IMG/VR virus record: IMGVR_UViG_3300047163_000162
Coordinates: 1 to 55,736 of that record
Strand: one strand, 5' to 3'
Length of the DNA: 55,736 nt
Source: a virus
Below are positions 17,901 through 28,059 of the stretch, one piece after another. Positions within the stretch are counted from its first letter, which is position 1; each line of letters begins with the position of its first letter. A model generated the notes under the pieces. That model was not told where the DNA came from. It saw only the letters and a program-made list of their open reading frames with translations, and made no database searches. The position numbers and the translations under genes are program-made.

Positions 17901-19408
17901 CAACTCTTGCGCTGACTGAGGGTATGTATCAGGCTCGCAGTGTTATTGCGGCATCCCAGAGGTGTGTTAATCTCTACCCGGAGGTTAATCAGAAACAAAG
18001 TATTTTGCTGCTGCCGCAGGGTGTTGCTCCTTCCCTTGTGACGCATTATCCTACACCTGGGCTGCGCACTTTGTGCGAAACGGGGTTCCCTGCTGAGGTC
18101 CGTTGTCTCTTCCGCGCGAATAATAACCTACTCTATACGGTCATTGGAAGTTCTGCCTACCTTGTAAACTCCAACTGGAGTTTACAACTGCTGGGCGTGC
18201 TTGCCACGAGCGAAGGGCAGGTCCGTATGATGGACAACGGGCGGACTCTTATTGTTGTTGATGGGAGCCCTACTGGATATGCCATTGACTTGCCAACAAG
18301 CAATTTCGGCACTATCAGTGATCCAGCATACTATGGTGCGACTTGCGTAGACTATCTCGGGTCGTTTTTGGTTTTCAATCAGCCGGATACGCAAAATTTC
18401 TACTGCACATTAAGCGACGAGTCACCGCAATACACTAGTGTGGTTGCAGGTACGCCAACGACAAGCATTGATGCGCTCAATGCTCTATACACTGCACAGA
18501 AGAGCGGTTATGGGGATAATCTTGTCGCGCTTGTGTCGCTAGATAAACAGCTTTGGCTCTTTGGTCAGCTCACAACAGAAATCTGGTATCTCTCTGGTGG
18601 CGCAACTTTTCCGTTTGCAGCTACGCCAAATGGGCTTATAGAACACGGCTGTGGCGCGCAATACTCTGCAGCTAAGATCGATGATACAGTCATATGGCTT
18701 AGCATTTCAATAACCGGAAGCCCGGTTGTGTTACAGGGCAGTGGCTATACAGCACAAAGAATCTCTACCAACGCTATTGAGAACGAGATTCAAAATTATC
18801 CAAGAGTTGATGATGCCATTGCTATGACGTATCAGCAGCTTGGCCACTCCTTTTACATCCTTACTTTTCCTTCTGCCGGAAAAACATGGGTGTACGATAA
18901 TTCTACTTCCGAGTGGCATGAAAGAATGTTTCTTGGTGGAAATGGTAGAGAGCAGCGGTGGAGGCCAAATTGCCTCAGCTATGCTTATGGGGAAATTGTC
19001 GCTGGGGATTACGAAAACGGAAGTTTATATTCTCTGGATATAAACACATATACCGATGCTGGGCAAGCTATTAAACGGATAAGAGGTTTTCCGCATTTTA
19101 TTCAAGAAGCCAAGCGGGTTGTCTATAGGAAGTTTATTGCGGATATTCAGTGCGGAGAAAGCATCGATACATTAAACTCTGTTGGCACGGCTCTTGTTCA
19201 GCAGATTCCAAATGTTATTGGGTTTACTTCTCCAGTGGGTACTGGAATTTATGGTGCTGCGATAGCTTTCAATGGTTATGTTAATCCGACAAATGCTCCT
19301 GTAGAGATTGCTGTTGGAACCAGTAGTACGTCGCCGCCGGATTCTGGTTGGCAAGCAGTGACGGTGATAGCAGGAACTTGGTCTGGTTCTGTTACGGTAG
19401 AGGTGTAA
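17897..19408 (+). CDS. Tail hub / DNA-stabilisation protein, P22 gp10-like (503 aa)
   Basis: ATGA-coupled to the gp4-like gene. Size and position match gp10 in P22-type gene order. No diagnostic motif was verified. Confidence 0.45.
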   Translation: MTTLALTEGMYQARSVIAASQRCVNLYPEVNQKQSILLLPQGVAPSLVTHYPTPGLRTLCETGFPAEVRCLFRANNNLLYTVIGSSAYLVNSNWSLQLLGVLATSEGQVRMMDNGRTLIVVDGSPTGYAIDLPTSNFGTISDPAYYGATCVDYLGSFLVFNQPDTQNFYCTLSDESPQYTSVVAGTPTTSIDALNALYTAQKSGYGDNLVALVSLDKQLWLFGQLTTEIWYLSGGATFPFAATPNGLIEHGCGAQYSAAKIDDTVIWLSISITGSPVVLQGSGYTAQRISTNAIENEIQNYPRVDDAIAMTYQQLGHSFYILTFPSAGKTWVYDNSTSEWHERMFLGGNGREQRWRPNCLSYAYGEIVAGDYENGSLYSLDINTYTDAGQAIKRIRGFPHFIQEAKRVVYRKFIADIQCGESIDTLNSVGTALVQQIPNVIGFTSPVGTGIYGAAIAFNGYVNPTNAPVEIAVGTSSTSPPDSGWQAVTVIAGTWSGSVTVEV

Positions 19409-19409
19409 A

Positions 19410-20528
19410 ATGGCAATACAATTTATGGACGGAAATGATGATTATATTGCTGCTGGAGTTCAAAATTATCATCCATCCTACGACGTTGCTTATATAAATT
19501 TAGGCTCAGGGTCCCCTCAGGCAATTGCAGGTATGTTTTCCGGCCTCGCTATTGGAGACAACAGCCAAAATGGAACACACTATAGGGTAAAAACATTACA
19601 AACTCCAGTGCAAACTTTTATAGCTTGCGCACGAGTGCTGTTTGTAAACAGCGATGGAGCGTGTGCCGGGTTTGCTTTCCATGATGCAAGTTTAAATGTA
19701 ATTGTTCAGGTTGGTTTTACGAAAGTGAATGGGCTGGCGCAGGTATACGCAACCCTAAACGGTAATACTATAATACATCCTGGGTTCAACGGAACGCTTA
19801 TCGGCACAAAAATAAACCAAATTCTACAAGAAAATGTTTGGTATGAGATAGAAGCGCTGCTTACTGTTGGAGCAACTACCGGCCAATTGGTATTTAAAAT
19901 AGCTGGAATAGCTATTTTAAATTATTCTGGGATAAACACTCAAGGAACAGCAGGTGGCCTTGTGGGGTACGTTGCAACTGTGGCAGGTTGTGCACAAGAC
20001 TATTCTCCTTCTACGTTTTTTGATGATTTTGTTGGACTGGATACAACAGGTGCTGCCCCTACCAACACGTTTTTGACGCTTGTCGCTGGACCTTCGGGAC
20101 CTGCTGTAGGAACAGTTCCTCCAAATGGGAACCAAAGTGTCGGGCTGACACCGTCGGGGGGATCAAATTATGCCAACGTCGCCCCACTTGCTTTCCAAGA
20201 AACAACATACAACTATTCTGCAATGCCAGGGGCGCAAGATTTATACACAATTTCCTCTACTTACACCGCCATTGGCTATGCTGTTGGAACTATCCTTGCA
20301 GTCCAAAACACCTATGTAGTAAAAGAAGATTCTTCTGGCACAAGGACAGTGGCTTCCGTTTTGCAAAGCGGGGGAACTGTGCACTCTGGTGCTGTACAGA
20401 GTCTTGGGCCAAATATCGCAAAGTTTTTTGATATATGGCAAAACGATCCGGCAACCGGGGCTGCGTGGAACTCAGCTAAGTTTAACACTCCGGGAAGTGT
20501 GTTTCCTGGACTGAAGGTTGTGGCATAA
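19410..20528 (+). CDS. Virion-associated hypothetical protein (372 aa), beta-sandwich-like
   Basis: ATG at 19410 with GAGG upstream. Noticeably AT-richer than the flanking morphogenesis genes. Confidence 0.6.
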   Translation: MAIQFMDGNDDYIAAGVQNYHPSYDVAYINLGSGSPQAIAGMFSGLAIGDNSQNGTHYRVKTLQTPVQTFIACARVLFVNSDGACAGFAFHDASLNVIVQVGFTKVNGLAQVYATLNGNTIIHPGFNGTLIGTKINQILQENVWYEIEALLTVGATTGQLVFKIAGIAILNYSGINTQGTAGGLVGYVATVAGCAQDYSPSTFFDDFVGLDTTGAAPTNTFLTLVAGPSGPAVGTVPPNGNQSVGLTPSGGSNYANVAPLAFQETTYNYSAMPGAQDLYTISSTYTAIGYAVGTILAVQNTYVVKEDSSGTRTVASVLQSGGTVHSGAVQSLGPNIAKFFDIWQNDPATGAAWNSAKFNTPGSVFPGLKVVA

Positions 20529-20719
20529 TGGCAAATGCAGATTTTTTCCAGCAGAATACACAGGTTTTGTCCTATGGAAACCCTAATGCAGATTTTTTCC
20601 AGCAGAATATACAGGTTTTGTATATTCCTCCGCCTCCACGGCAGCTCTATGTTTGGGTCAGGCAGACCGGACTTCCTGCTGTGCAAGCGGTGACTCCTTT
20701 GCTGGTGACAGCGAAATGA
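20528..20719 (+). CDS. Small ORF (63 aa) containing the 51-bp-period repeat
   Basis: ATG overlaps the upstream TAA (TAATG), and its stop overlaps the next ATG (ATGA). Encodes NADFFQQN[T/I]QVL twice. Coding status uncertain. Confidence 0.35.
   Translation: MANADFFQQNTQVLSYGNPNADFFQQNIQVLYIPPPPRQLYVWVRQTGLPAVQAVTPLLVTAK
20534..20621. repeat. Direct repeat: two 37-bp copies (36/37 identical), 51 bp apart
   Basis: aatgcagattttttccagcagaata[c/t]acaggttttgt at 20534-20570 and 20585-20621. Confidence 0.9.
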
Positions 20720-21168
20720 CTTTTATAGCAAATGTGCCAGAAGGCGCTGGATATGGCTTTCCGATAGTAGTCACAGGAACAATTTATCCTGGGACAAATT
20801 TTGTTCGAGTTGGCCTTTCTGCTAGCCCAACTGTGCCTCCATCTTCTTGGACTCAAGTTACCGGGGAAAAATGGAGTGTAGCACTTCCGATACCAACTGG
20901 TGGTTTAATTTATGTCTGGGCAGAGGAATTTACGACAGAAGGGCAAGTTGCAGGAAATCTCGCATCACTGCGCTGGAGTGACACAAGAGGTAGGTCTTGG
21001 CAAGATGCATTGACGCAAAGTCTCGGCAACAATGGGCAATTTTTAACCTCTGTACAGTGGCGTAGGCTTGGTTTGGCTCGTGATCGTGTATTTGAGCTTT
21101 CTTGGACGCTGGATGCCCTAACTGCACTCAACGGGGCCTTTGTCGACGTGGACCAGAGTGTGTCATGA
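20716..21168 (+). CDS. Virion-associated hypothetical protein (150 aa)
   Basis: ATG at 20716 is ATGA-coupled. The track's 20653 start is TTG. Confidence 0.55.
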   Translation: MTFIANVPEGAGYGFPIVVTGTIYPGTNFVRVGLSASPTVPPSSWTQVTGEKWSVALPIPTGGLIYVWAEEFTTEGQVAGNLASLRWSDTRGRSWQDALTQSLGNNGQFLTSVQWRRLGLARDRVFELSWTLDALTALNGAFVDVDQSVS

Positions 21169-22028
21169 GTGTATTTAACATTCCTGCGCCAACTGTGCCG
21201 CTGACTTCAGGAAAAGGAGTTGTTGATCCTCAATGGTATATATTCTGGGCAAATTTGTTTAACTTAGCAAATGCGGAGAGCACAACATTAAGTCTAGAGC
21301 AGCTAAGTGATGTTAGTGTGGGGAGTAAAGTCAATGGTAATGTTCTGGTTTGGAACTCTGCTCAGCAAAAGTGGGTTCCAGGCAGTACTGCCGGGCTATC
21401 AGTAAATGGTTCCCCGGTCTCTTCGCTTAGTGTACAGGGCTTGCTTAAGTTTACTCCCCCAAATAACCTTTCAGGTTATTTAACAAATGCACAAGGCACT
21501 CTTGTCCTGCCTAATGTGGCAACGCAGATTTTTACCGGGGATGGAGTAACTTTAAGTGCCACTGGCACAGACAGTTCGTCCTACATAGAAATTCCTGGGG
21601 TGGAATATGGCACTTTGCAGGTACAGACTATTGCCACGGGAGGGTTGCTTTCTGGAGCTTTAAACTCAGGCAATCTTACTCTCAGTGGGGCACTTACTTT
21701 GGAGCAAGGAACTTTTTTCAACTCCATTGTTACCTCCATCGCATTGGCTGGCGGAGGAGTATCTCTTAGTGGAACATCTACGACAGGCACACTTAGCGTG
21801 CCAGGAGTTACATTCAGTGGAACACAGGTCGCAGGGTTGGCAGCAGGCAGTGGCATAGGCGGGAACATAGCTGCAGGCGTACTTACACTATCCAGCGCAA
21901 TCTCTGGTACAATAAACAGTTCGCTAACAACCACTGGCCTTACTGCAATTAAAGTCTCTACCGGAAATGCCAGCACTTCGGCGTCGTTTTCCGGGACCAC
22001 GTTGGTGCTAAATCTTGGCACGCCATAA
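21165..22028 (+). CDS. Tail fibre/needle-like protein (287 aa)
   Basis: ATGA-coupled ATG at 21165. QLSDVSVGSKVNGNVLVWNSAQQKWVPG resembles a motif common in phage fibre N-terminal regions. Gly/Ser/Thr/Leu repeats follow. Confidence 0.5.
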   Translation: MSVFNIPAPTVPLTSGKGVVDPQWYIFWANLFNLANAESTTLSLEQLSDVSVGSKVNGNVLVWNSAQQKWVPGSTAGLSVNGSPVSSLSVQGLLKFTPPNNLSGYLTNAQGTLVLPNVATQIFTGDGVTLSATGTDSSSYIEIPGVEYGTLQVQTIATGGLLSGALNSGNLTLSGALTLEQGTFFNSIVTSIALAGGGVSLSGTSTTGTLSVPGVTFSGTQVAGLAAGSGIGGNIAAGVLTLSSAISGTINSSLTTTGLTAIKVSTGNASTSASFSGTTLVLNLGTP

Positions 22029-22041
22029 GAAAGGATACACT

Positions 22042-22308
22042 ATGTCAGAGGACCAAAAAGCCAACTTATTCAAAACACTTACCGATCTTGGTCCGCTTTG
22101 CATGTTGTTGCTTTCTATCGGGACAATAATCTGGTCCTTCTCTGGGCAAAATGCTGCTTTGCAGCAACAACAAGCGCAGCAAGCAGCGGAGCTTGTACAG
22201 GTGATAAAAACACAAACAGAGATGCAGCAGTTGGCAACTTCTATCTCTATTCAACTGGCGCAACTGCAACAACAAGTTGCAGATATTAAAGTAAACACGG
22301 CCCACTAA
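22042..22308 (+). CDS. Membrane-anchored coiled-coil protein (88 aa)
   Basis: ATG at 22042 with AAAGGA upstream. One TM segment (LGPLCMLLLSIGTIIWSF) followed by a Gln-rich helix. Confidence 0.5.
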   Translation: MSEDQKANLFKTLTDLGPLCMLLLSIGTIIWSFSGQNAALQQQQAQQAAELVQVIKTQTEMQQLATSISIQLAQLQQQVADIKVNTAH

Positions 22309-22377
22309 GGATGGTTTTTAAGGAAAGATTTTGTCTTTTCTTTGGACTCATATGTATGGTAGATAAGGAGAAAAGTT

Positions 22378-23034
22378 ATGCTTAGCCCACTTGGTCTTGC
22401 CGGGGCTGGTGTTGGAGCCCTTGGCAACATTGCTGGAGGTATCACAAATGCCTTTGCTTCGGAGCACGCCGGGAAAGAACTTTCCTCTGCATATAACAAC
22501 TATTTGAACTACGCTAAGGGACAGTATACTACCGACCAAAATAATCTTGCTCCGTATATGAGCGCTGGTAATGCTGCCAGCACCGCCTATCAGCAGGATT
22601 TGCCGTCTTTGACTCAGGGTTTTAATCCAACACTACAGCAACTGCAACAAACTCCTGGGTATCAGTTTGAGCTGACGCAAGGGCAGAATGCCACAAACAA
22701 TGCTATGGCGGCGCAGGGGCTTAGCGGGAGCGGGGCAGAGCTAAGCGCCCTTGATAACTACTCCCAGGGACTGGCAAACCAAACCTACCAAAGTCTCGCA
22801 GATATTTACAATACCAATCGGCAGACCACAGCCGGAATCCTTAACAACGGCATGCAGTTGGGAGAAGGCGCGGCAAATAATCTTGGGCAGCTTGGTGTGC
22901 AGCTTACGGGCGACGTTGGCAATGCCTATGCGGGTATTGGGGGGGCAGAAGCTGGAGCAACAATGGGCCAGGCTGCTGGCATTAGCCAAGCTGCTGATTT
23001 CTTAGGCAGCAGCAGCGGAAGTAGTGGGAGTTAG
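22378..23034 (+). CDS. Internal virion/ejection protein candidate (218 aa)
   Basis: AAGGAG upstream. Gly/Ala/Gln/Asn-rich. First of three consecutive genes in the position of P22 gp7/gp20/gp16. Confidence 0.5.
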   Translation: MLSPLGLAGAGVGALGNIAGGITNAFASEHAGKELSSAYNNYLNYAKGQYTTDQNNLAPYMSAGNAASTAYQQDLPSLTQGFNPTLQQLQQTPGYQFELTQGQNATNNAMAAQGLSGSGAELSALDNYSQGLANQTYQSLADIYNTNRQTTAGILNNGMQLGEGAANNLGQLGVQLTGDVGNAYAGIGGAEAGATMGQAAGISQAADFLGSSSGSSGS

Positions 23035-23036
23035 AT

Positions 23037-24698
23037 ATGAGTGGAGCTATTGCGCAACAAGTTGCAGGGATTCCAATGGCAAACGCCAAGTTGCCAGGGA
23101 CCAACGTGCTCGGCTTGTATAACAACATCCTCAACACCGAGCAGAATGAGGTAAAAACACAAGCAGCACTTGCGCAACAGCGTGCAGCAGAGATTTACCA
23201 AAAAAGTATTAATCCACTTACTGGACAGTCTGACGCTGTAAAGTTGGCCAATATGCTGGCAGGAGACCCTGAGGCTGCTCAGGCCATGCAAGCGACTCAA
23301 CAAACACAAGCAGACTTACAAGGAACAAACCTGAAAAATACCGGCCAAGGGATAGCAAATACTACAAGCCAAACCGCTTTAAATAACCTCTACGGCCAGA
23401 CTCTTGGAGATATGGCGGCTGGTCTCATAGGGCAAAATTTAACAGGGCCGGAGATTAGAAATTACCTTGGAGAACACAGTACAGAAAGAGGTATTCCACT
23501 TGACTTTGCTGCACCATATATACAAGAAATTCCAGACGACCCATATAAGGCAAATGCTGGTTTGACAACTATTGCTCGGACTCTTGAGCCTGTTGCAAAT
23601 ACAAAAAATGCGCTCTCGCCAGAAATGGGACCGATACAGCAAAACGGAAATCAAATCTATGCGACAGAACAAAGCACCGGAGTCTCTGCTCCAGCCTTGG
23701 TGCATCTTGGGCAGGCTGGCCTTGGGCCTACGGTTATGCAAATGGTTAACTCCTCTGGAAATAGCGCGCCATCGGTCGTTTCTACTTCTGGAAGCAATCT
23801 AAGCACTCAACTGCCTGCGGCAGGAGGCCAGCTACCTGTTGTTAACACCGATCCGAATTCTCTTGTTCCGCCTGCTGCTCTACAGCCGCCTGGGATGCAA
23901 GGGCAGTCTCAGCAAGGCGCAATGGCTGTGCAAGCTGGGCAGGCGCCTGCGGCACCAGCGCCCCAACCTCCTGCTGCACAAAGTCCCGTCGGAGTTGCAA
24001 TACAGCCTATTGGTGGTGTCAGCGACTTGGGCGGGGCAGAGAAAGACCAACTATCAAATGTAATCGAGCCCCTCAACGACAGTTTGCAGCAAATAAATGC
24101 AAATTACGGGAAGTTAGTTGCTCCAATTGATGAGCAGATGGCAGAGCTGAAAGATGCAAACACTGGCAAGCTCTCTGGGGTTGTTGGCACGCTGCAAAAT
24201 GCTGCAGCGGAGCTTGGCTTGCCGGGGATGGAAGGTGCCTCAGCTAAAGAAATCTTTACTAAACTGGCGGCTGCGCAGCAAATTGCCTCGCTTCCTGGTG
24301 GCATTGGAAGTAATACTGACTACGGCAAAATGCTTGTCGTGGCATCTAGCTCCAGCAGCAATATAACAACGCAAGCCAATCAGAGCATCTTGGCACTAGC
24401 TAAGGGGCAGCTTTCTGCGCAGAAGTTAGCTGCACAGCTTGTTGATAAGGCTGGGTTTTTGTCCAATCCTGGCGCTATTGATCCTGCCACAGGACAATTG
24501 CAATATACCAAAGTGCTTCCTCAACTTGGGCAGATTAATCCTTTGGTTTATGCTTATATGTACATGAACCCCGCAAATCAGAGCAATTTTCTTCAAGGGT
24601 TGATGGGAGCGCAAGGAACAAAGTCCCCTCTTTATCAGGAGTTCGAGCGGGACTTTTACACCGTTAAGGCCCTGAAGAAGTCGGTTGAGGCGCAGTAA
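23037..24698 (+). CDS. Internal virion/ejection protein candidate (553 aa)
   Basis: ATG at 23037 with GGGAG upstream. Gln/Ala/Pro-rich low-complexity centre. Confidence 0.55.
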   Translation: MSGAIAQQVAGIPMANAKLPGTNVLGLYNNILNTEQNEVKTQAALAQQRAAEIYQKSINPLTGQSDAVKLANMLAGDPEAAQAMQATQQTQADLQGTNLKNTGQGIANTTSQTALNNLYGQTLGDMAAGLIGQNLTGPEIRNYLGEHSTERGIPLDFAAPYIQEIPDDPYKANAGLTTIARTLEPVANTKNALSPEMGPIQQNGNQIYATEQSTGVSAPALVHLGQAGLGPTVMQMVNSSGNSAPSVVSTSGSNLSTQLPAAGGQLPVVNTDPNSLVPPAALQPPGMQGQSQQGAMAVQAGQAPAAPAPQPPAAQSPVGVAIQPIGGVSDLGGAEKDQLSNVIEPLNDSLQQINANYGKLVAPIDEQMAELKDANTGKLSGVVGTLQNAAAELGLPGMEGASAKEIFTKLAAAQQIASLPGGIGSNTDYGKMLVVASSSSSNITTQANQSILALAKGQLSAQKLAAQLVDKAGFLSNPGAIDPATGQLQYTKVLPQLGQINPLVYAYMYMNPANQSNFLQGLMGAQGTKSPLYQEFERDFYTVKALKKSVEAQ

Positions 24699-27679
24699 TG
24701 CCTGGGTCCGGCCCGCCTGATCTTACCGATGTGTATAACCAAGCCGGAAAGGCTTGGGGCGTAGCACCAAGTTTGCTTGCTGCCATTGGCAAGGTAGAAA
24801 GTGCAAACTCTGTCGCTCCAATTACATCAGCAGCGGGGGCTGAGGGCACACAGCAGTTTATGCCACAGACTGCCGCGTCCATAGGGATGACTGACCCACA
24901 GAACCCTGTGCAAAGTATATGGGGCTCCGCCAAGCTCATGAAGCAACTCATGGCGCAGTATAAAGACCCGGCAAAAGCCCTAATGGCCTATAATGCCGGA
25001 CAGGACCAAAGTAAATGGAACCCTAAATACGCACAAGACGTGGCTACTGCTCAGCAAAGTATACTATCGCCACAGCAAGGAAAAACTCAAATGCCACAGC
25101 CAGTGCAAAATGATGATTTGCCCTCAGCAGATTCTATGGTTTTGGGTCCGCCATCGGCCTCCGTGCAAGCTGCAGCAGCGCCCGCGACTCAGCAAACAGC
25201 GCCATTGCCAACTTCCCCCAGCGATAGCCTTCCTCATTCAGACTCTATGGTTTTGAGCCCTGCAGATCAAGGAGGCAGTTATGGGGGTGGTGATCTTTAC
25301 GGGCCTGCTGTCGATAATTTTAATCCCTCCGCCGTGGGGGCTGGTTTGCAACTTGGTGCCATAGACATGGCTGGTTTTCCGATTAGCCTTGCGGCTAAAG
25401 GTGCGGATCTACTTCGGGATAAATTGCAACTTCCGCCCCAGAATGACTTTGCAAAAGTAGCAAGTTACCTTGACGGAATAAAGGCTAAAGTTGCCTCCAA
25501 CCAGGCATATGATTTACCTCTTGCTAATAATGCTGCTGGTTGGGTGGCAAGGATTGGAACAGAGCTTCCTGGTGCTATGCTGGGTGGGGCAGGTGCAGAG
25601 GCTGTTGGCGGAGAGCTTCTCAAAACACTTGCAGGCAAACTGCCCGAAGGGGCAGCTGATGTTGTCAATGCAGTACGAAAATACACAACCACAGATATTG
25701 GCACAAGTCCTTCTGGAGAAGCCATTGCAGTTTCTAAACCTGCGCGCCTGGGAAATCTCATTGGTCGGGGAACTGTGCAGGGAGCGGGCTCCAGCCTTGC
25801 GACACAGGGTACGAATGATCCAACGTTGGGGGGCGTTGCAGAAAGCGCTGCGGCAGGCGCGGTTGCAAATCCTCTTGCTCATGGCCTAGGTGCAGTTGTC
25901 GGAAACGTTCTTGGTACACCAGCAAGAGGACTTGTTCGCTCTCTTACAACTCCAACAAAGCCCGGCCCGATTGTTCCGATTATTGATCCTGCCCTGCATA
26001 GCGCTGACCCAGCTATTGCACATCTTAGTGCGCCACTCTGGGAGAAGCTTTCTCAACTACAGCAAACTGACCCTGGGGCGCTGAAAAATGCCCTAAATGA
26101 GTTTCACGGCCTTGTTGGCCAGGGTCAATTGGATCAAGCAGAAAAACTTGGCAAATTTGCTACACCGGCGGACTCTTCTGATAGTGCTGTGCAGGGAGTA
26201 GCACAGGATTTAGCGCGGACTCCTGGGACTCCGAGAAATATCATGCTGAGTCAGTTTGCTGGTGGGCAGAATTTTCCCGGCGGACGGCTAGACAATATGC
26301 ATTTGGTCACGCCGCAACTGCTGAGGCAGGCACTCGGCGGGAGCGGAGATGAAGCTGGGGATTTGTCATCCTATCTCGCAAATGCAGAAAACGAGAAAAA
26401 TACTCTGTACAATCATGCAGCAGTCGGAGAAGACGGCTCGCCGAATATGATTCCCATGCCGCAGTCGATCAAAAACATGGTGAAAAATGGTAATCCTAAA
26501 ATTCTCAACGAAATTCAGACTCATTTAAGCAATACGCTTGAACGGGCTCAAAATGATTTCAAGATGGGAAGGGGACCAGAGCCAAATCCTGCCGATTATG
26601 CTTTGTTTACGGAAGCCCCACAGCAAGCAGTGCTGCCCCCGCCGCCACAAACTCTTCGTAATGTCCTAAATGGCACAAAGCCGCTCGCACCAGCCGCTGC
26701 TGCAGCGGCTGCGCCGGAGTTAAATTCTCAAATTCCCTTCCGGGCCGCTTTTGGCCTTAAGCAGGGTTTACAGACCTTGCGGGATAGCACATTGCCAGGG
26801 GGTGGTGCAGGTAACTCGACTCTTGGCGAACTTATCGGCAAAGACGAAGAGTCTCCAGGATATTTGCAAGACCTGCATAAAGACCTGCTGGCAAGCCATC
26901 CTGCATATGCCCAGGCCACAAACACAGTTCGGGAGATGGAACAGGCGAAAGCTGCCCACACTGCTGGGCTAAACTTCCCTACTATGTCTCCGCAGGATAT
27001 TAAAGACCTTCGGAATGGTACAGCAAGCAAAAAGCCCCTGACTCCGGCAGCCCAGAAGTGGTTTACAAATGGCGTTGTCACGCGGGCAGTAAGTGATGCA
27101 CAGAAAGCTGCACTCAATGGTAGCCCTGCCCTCCCGCTCATCCGCAGCTACGGTCTGCAAGATAAGCTCAAAGCCGCGGCTGGCCATAACGTAGATACAG
27201 ACTCCCTTCTTTCTCATCTCCAGAATATAAATCAACTGGTGGCAAACTCAAAGCGTTTTATAAACCTTGGGCTGAAGCCACAGTCCCCTCAGGTTAATCT
27301 TGCGCATGAGCTTGGCCCGGAGCTTTTGCGCTCTGTCGCGACGGGAAGTTATGGTGGGGCAGCAGCAGCAGCCGGAAGATTTTACAGGGGGCTTGGTAGC
27401 GGGCGGACAGGAAACGAGCAAGATGCTTTATCAGCGCTGCTCTTCAACCCAGATATAAATGGGCTTAGAGCGCTACTTGCGGAGCACCAAGCGAAGAGTG
27501 CTGGCAGTCCGCTGGTGAACAAACTTATGGATTTTAGAAAAAGAGCGGGGCAACAGACTGCTGTGGCTTTGCCAACTGCGGTGGGTGCAGCAGGCAACCG
27601 CCCCAATCCAAATGCTCTTGCTCCGTTTTTCCAAGCGCCTACGGCACAGTCTCAGCAAGGGCTTGGGTACGGGAATTGA
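24698..27679 (+). CDS. Internal virion protein with N-terminal lytic transglycosylase (SLT) domain (993 aa)
   Basis: TAATG coupling. AIGKVESANS...GAEGTQQFMPQTA...AKLMKQLMAQY...ALMAYNAGQ matches the SLT catalytic Glu-Ser and AYNAG signatures. Confidence 0.8.
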   Translation: MPGSGPPDLTDVYNQAGKAWGVAPSLLAAIGKVESANSVAPITSAAGAEGTQQFMPQTAASIGMTDPQNPVQSIWGSAKLMKQLMAQYKDPAKALMAYNAGQDQSKWNPKYAQDVATAQQSILSPQQGKTQMPQPVQNDDLPSADSMVLGPPSASVQAAAAPATQQTAPLPTSPSDSLPHSDSMVLSPADQGGSYGGGDLYGPAVDNFNPSAVGAGLQLGAIDMAGFPISLAAKGADLLRDKLQLPPQNDFAKVASYLDGIKAKVASNQAYDLPLANNAAGWVARIGTELPGAMLGGAGAEAVGGELLKTLAGKLPEGAADVVNAVRKYTTTDIGTSPSGEAIAVSKPARLGNLIGRGTVQGAGSSLATQGTNDPTLGGVAESAAAGAVANPLAHGLGAVVGNVLGTPARGLVRSLTTPTKPGPIVPIIDPALHSADPAIAHLSAPLWEKLSQLQQTDPGALKNALNEFHGLVGQGQLDQAEKLGKFATPADSSDSAVQGVAQDLARTPGTPRNIMLSQFAGGQNFPGGRLDNMHLVTPQLLRQALGGSGDEAGDLSSYLANAENEKNTLYNHAAVGEDGSPNMIPMPQSIKNMVKNGNPKILNEIQTHLSNTLERAQNDFKMGRGPEPNPADYALFTEAPQQAVLPPPPQTLRNVLNGTKPLAPAAAAAAAPELNSQIPFRAAFGLKQGLQTLRDSTLPGGGAGNSTLGELIGKDEESPGYLQDLHKDLLASHPAYAQATNTVREMEQAKAAHTAGLNFPTMSPQDIKDLRNGTASKKPLTPAAQKWFTNGVVTRAVSDAQKAALNGSPALPLIRSYGLQDKLKAAAGHNVDTDSLLSHLQNINQLVANSKRFINLGLKPQSPQVNLAHELGPELLRSVATGSYGGAAAAAGRFYRGLGSGRTGNEQDALSALLFNPDINGLRALLAEHQAKSAGSPLVNKLMDFRKRAGQQTAVALPTAVGAAGNRPNPNALAPFFQAPTAQSQQGLGYGN

Positions 27680-27686
27680 GAGAAGG

Positions 27687-27713
27687 CCCACATGTGGTTG
27701 ACCGATAGGTGGG
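27687..27713. repeat. 27-bp palindromic element, copy 2 (A / B-like hybrid)
   Basis: CCCACATGTGG-TTGAC-CGATAGGTGGG lies 8 nt after the stop of the 993-aa gene. The arms mismatch at 3 of 11 positions. Confidence 0.85.
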
Positions 27714-27822
27714 CTTGATTTAAAGCCCTTACAAGGGCTTCGCCCTTATGGGGTATCCCAACACCCGCCAACGCACATAAGCCGCATAGCCCCCATAGGG
27801 GCTTGAATTTAGGGGGTATTTT

Positions 27823-28050
27823 ATGCCTAAGCTACACGTTATTTCCGGGGGCGAAGGTGCCGTTCCGCCTTGCGATATTACGCAAGCAGCGCAAGCCGCC
27901 CTCACTCAAATTCTATCCCATAACCCACGTGCCCTACTTTTTATTTTCGAGACAGCAGATGGCGTCGGAACCATAAGCGTGCCGAATTTATACTCTGTAA
28001 CAAGAGGGTTGATTGGAATTGTAAGCGAGGATATGTTTCGAGAAGGATAG
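27823..28050 (+). CDS. Hypothetical protein (75 aa), last + strand gene
   Basis: ATG at 27823 with GGGGG upstream. Ends 9 bp from the convergent - strand gene. Confidence 0.45.
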   Translation: MPKLHVISGGEGAVPPCDITQAAQAALTQILSHNPRALLFIFETADGVGTISVPNLYSVTRGLIGIVSEDMFREG

Positions 28051-28059
28051 CCCATAGAG

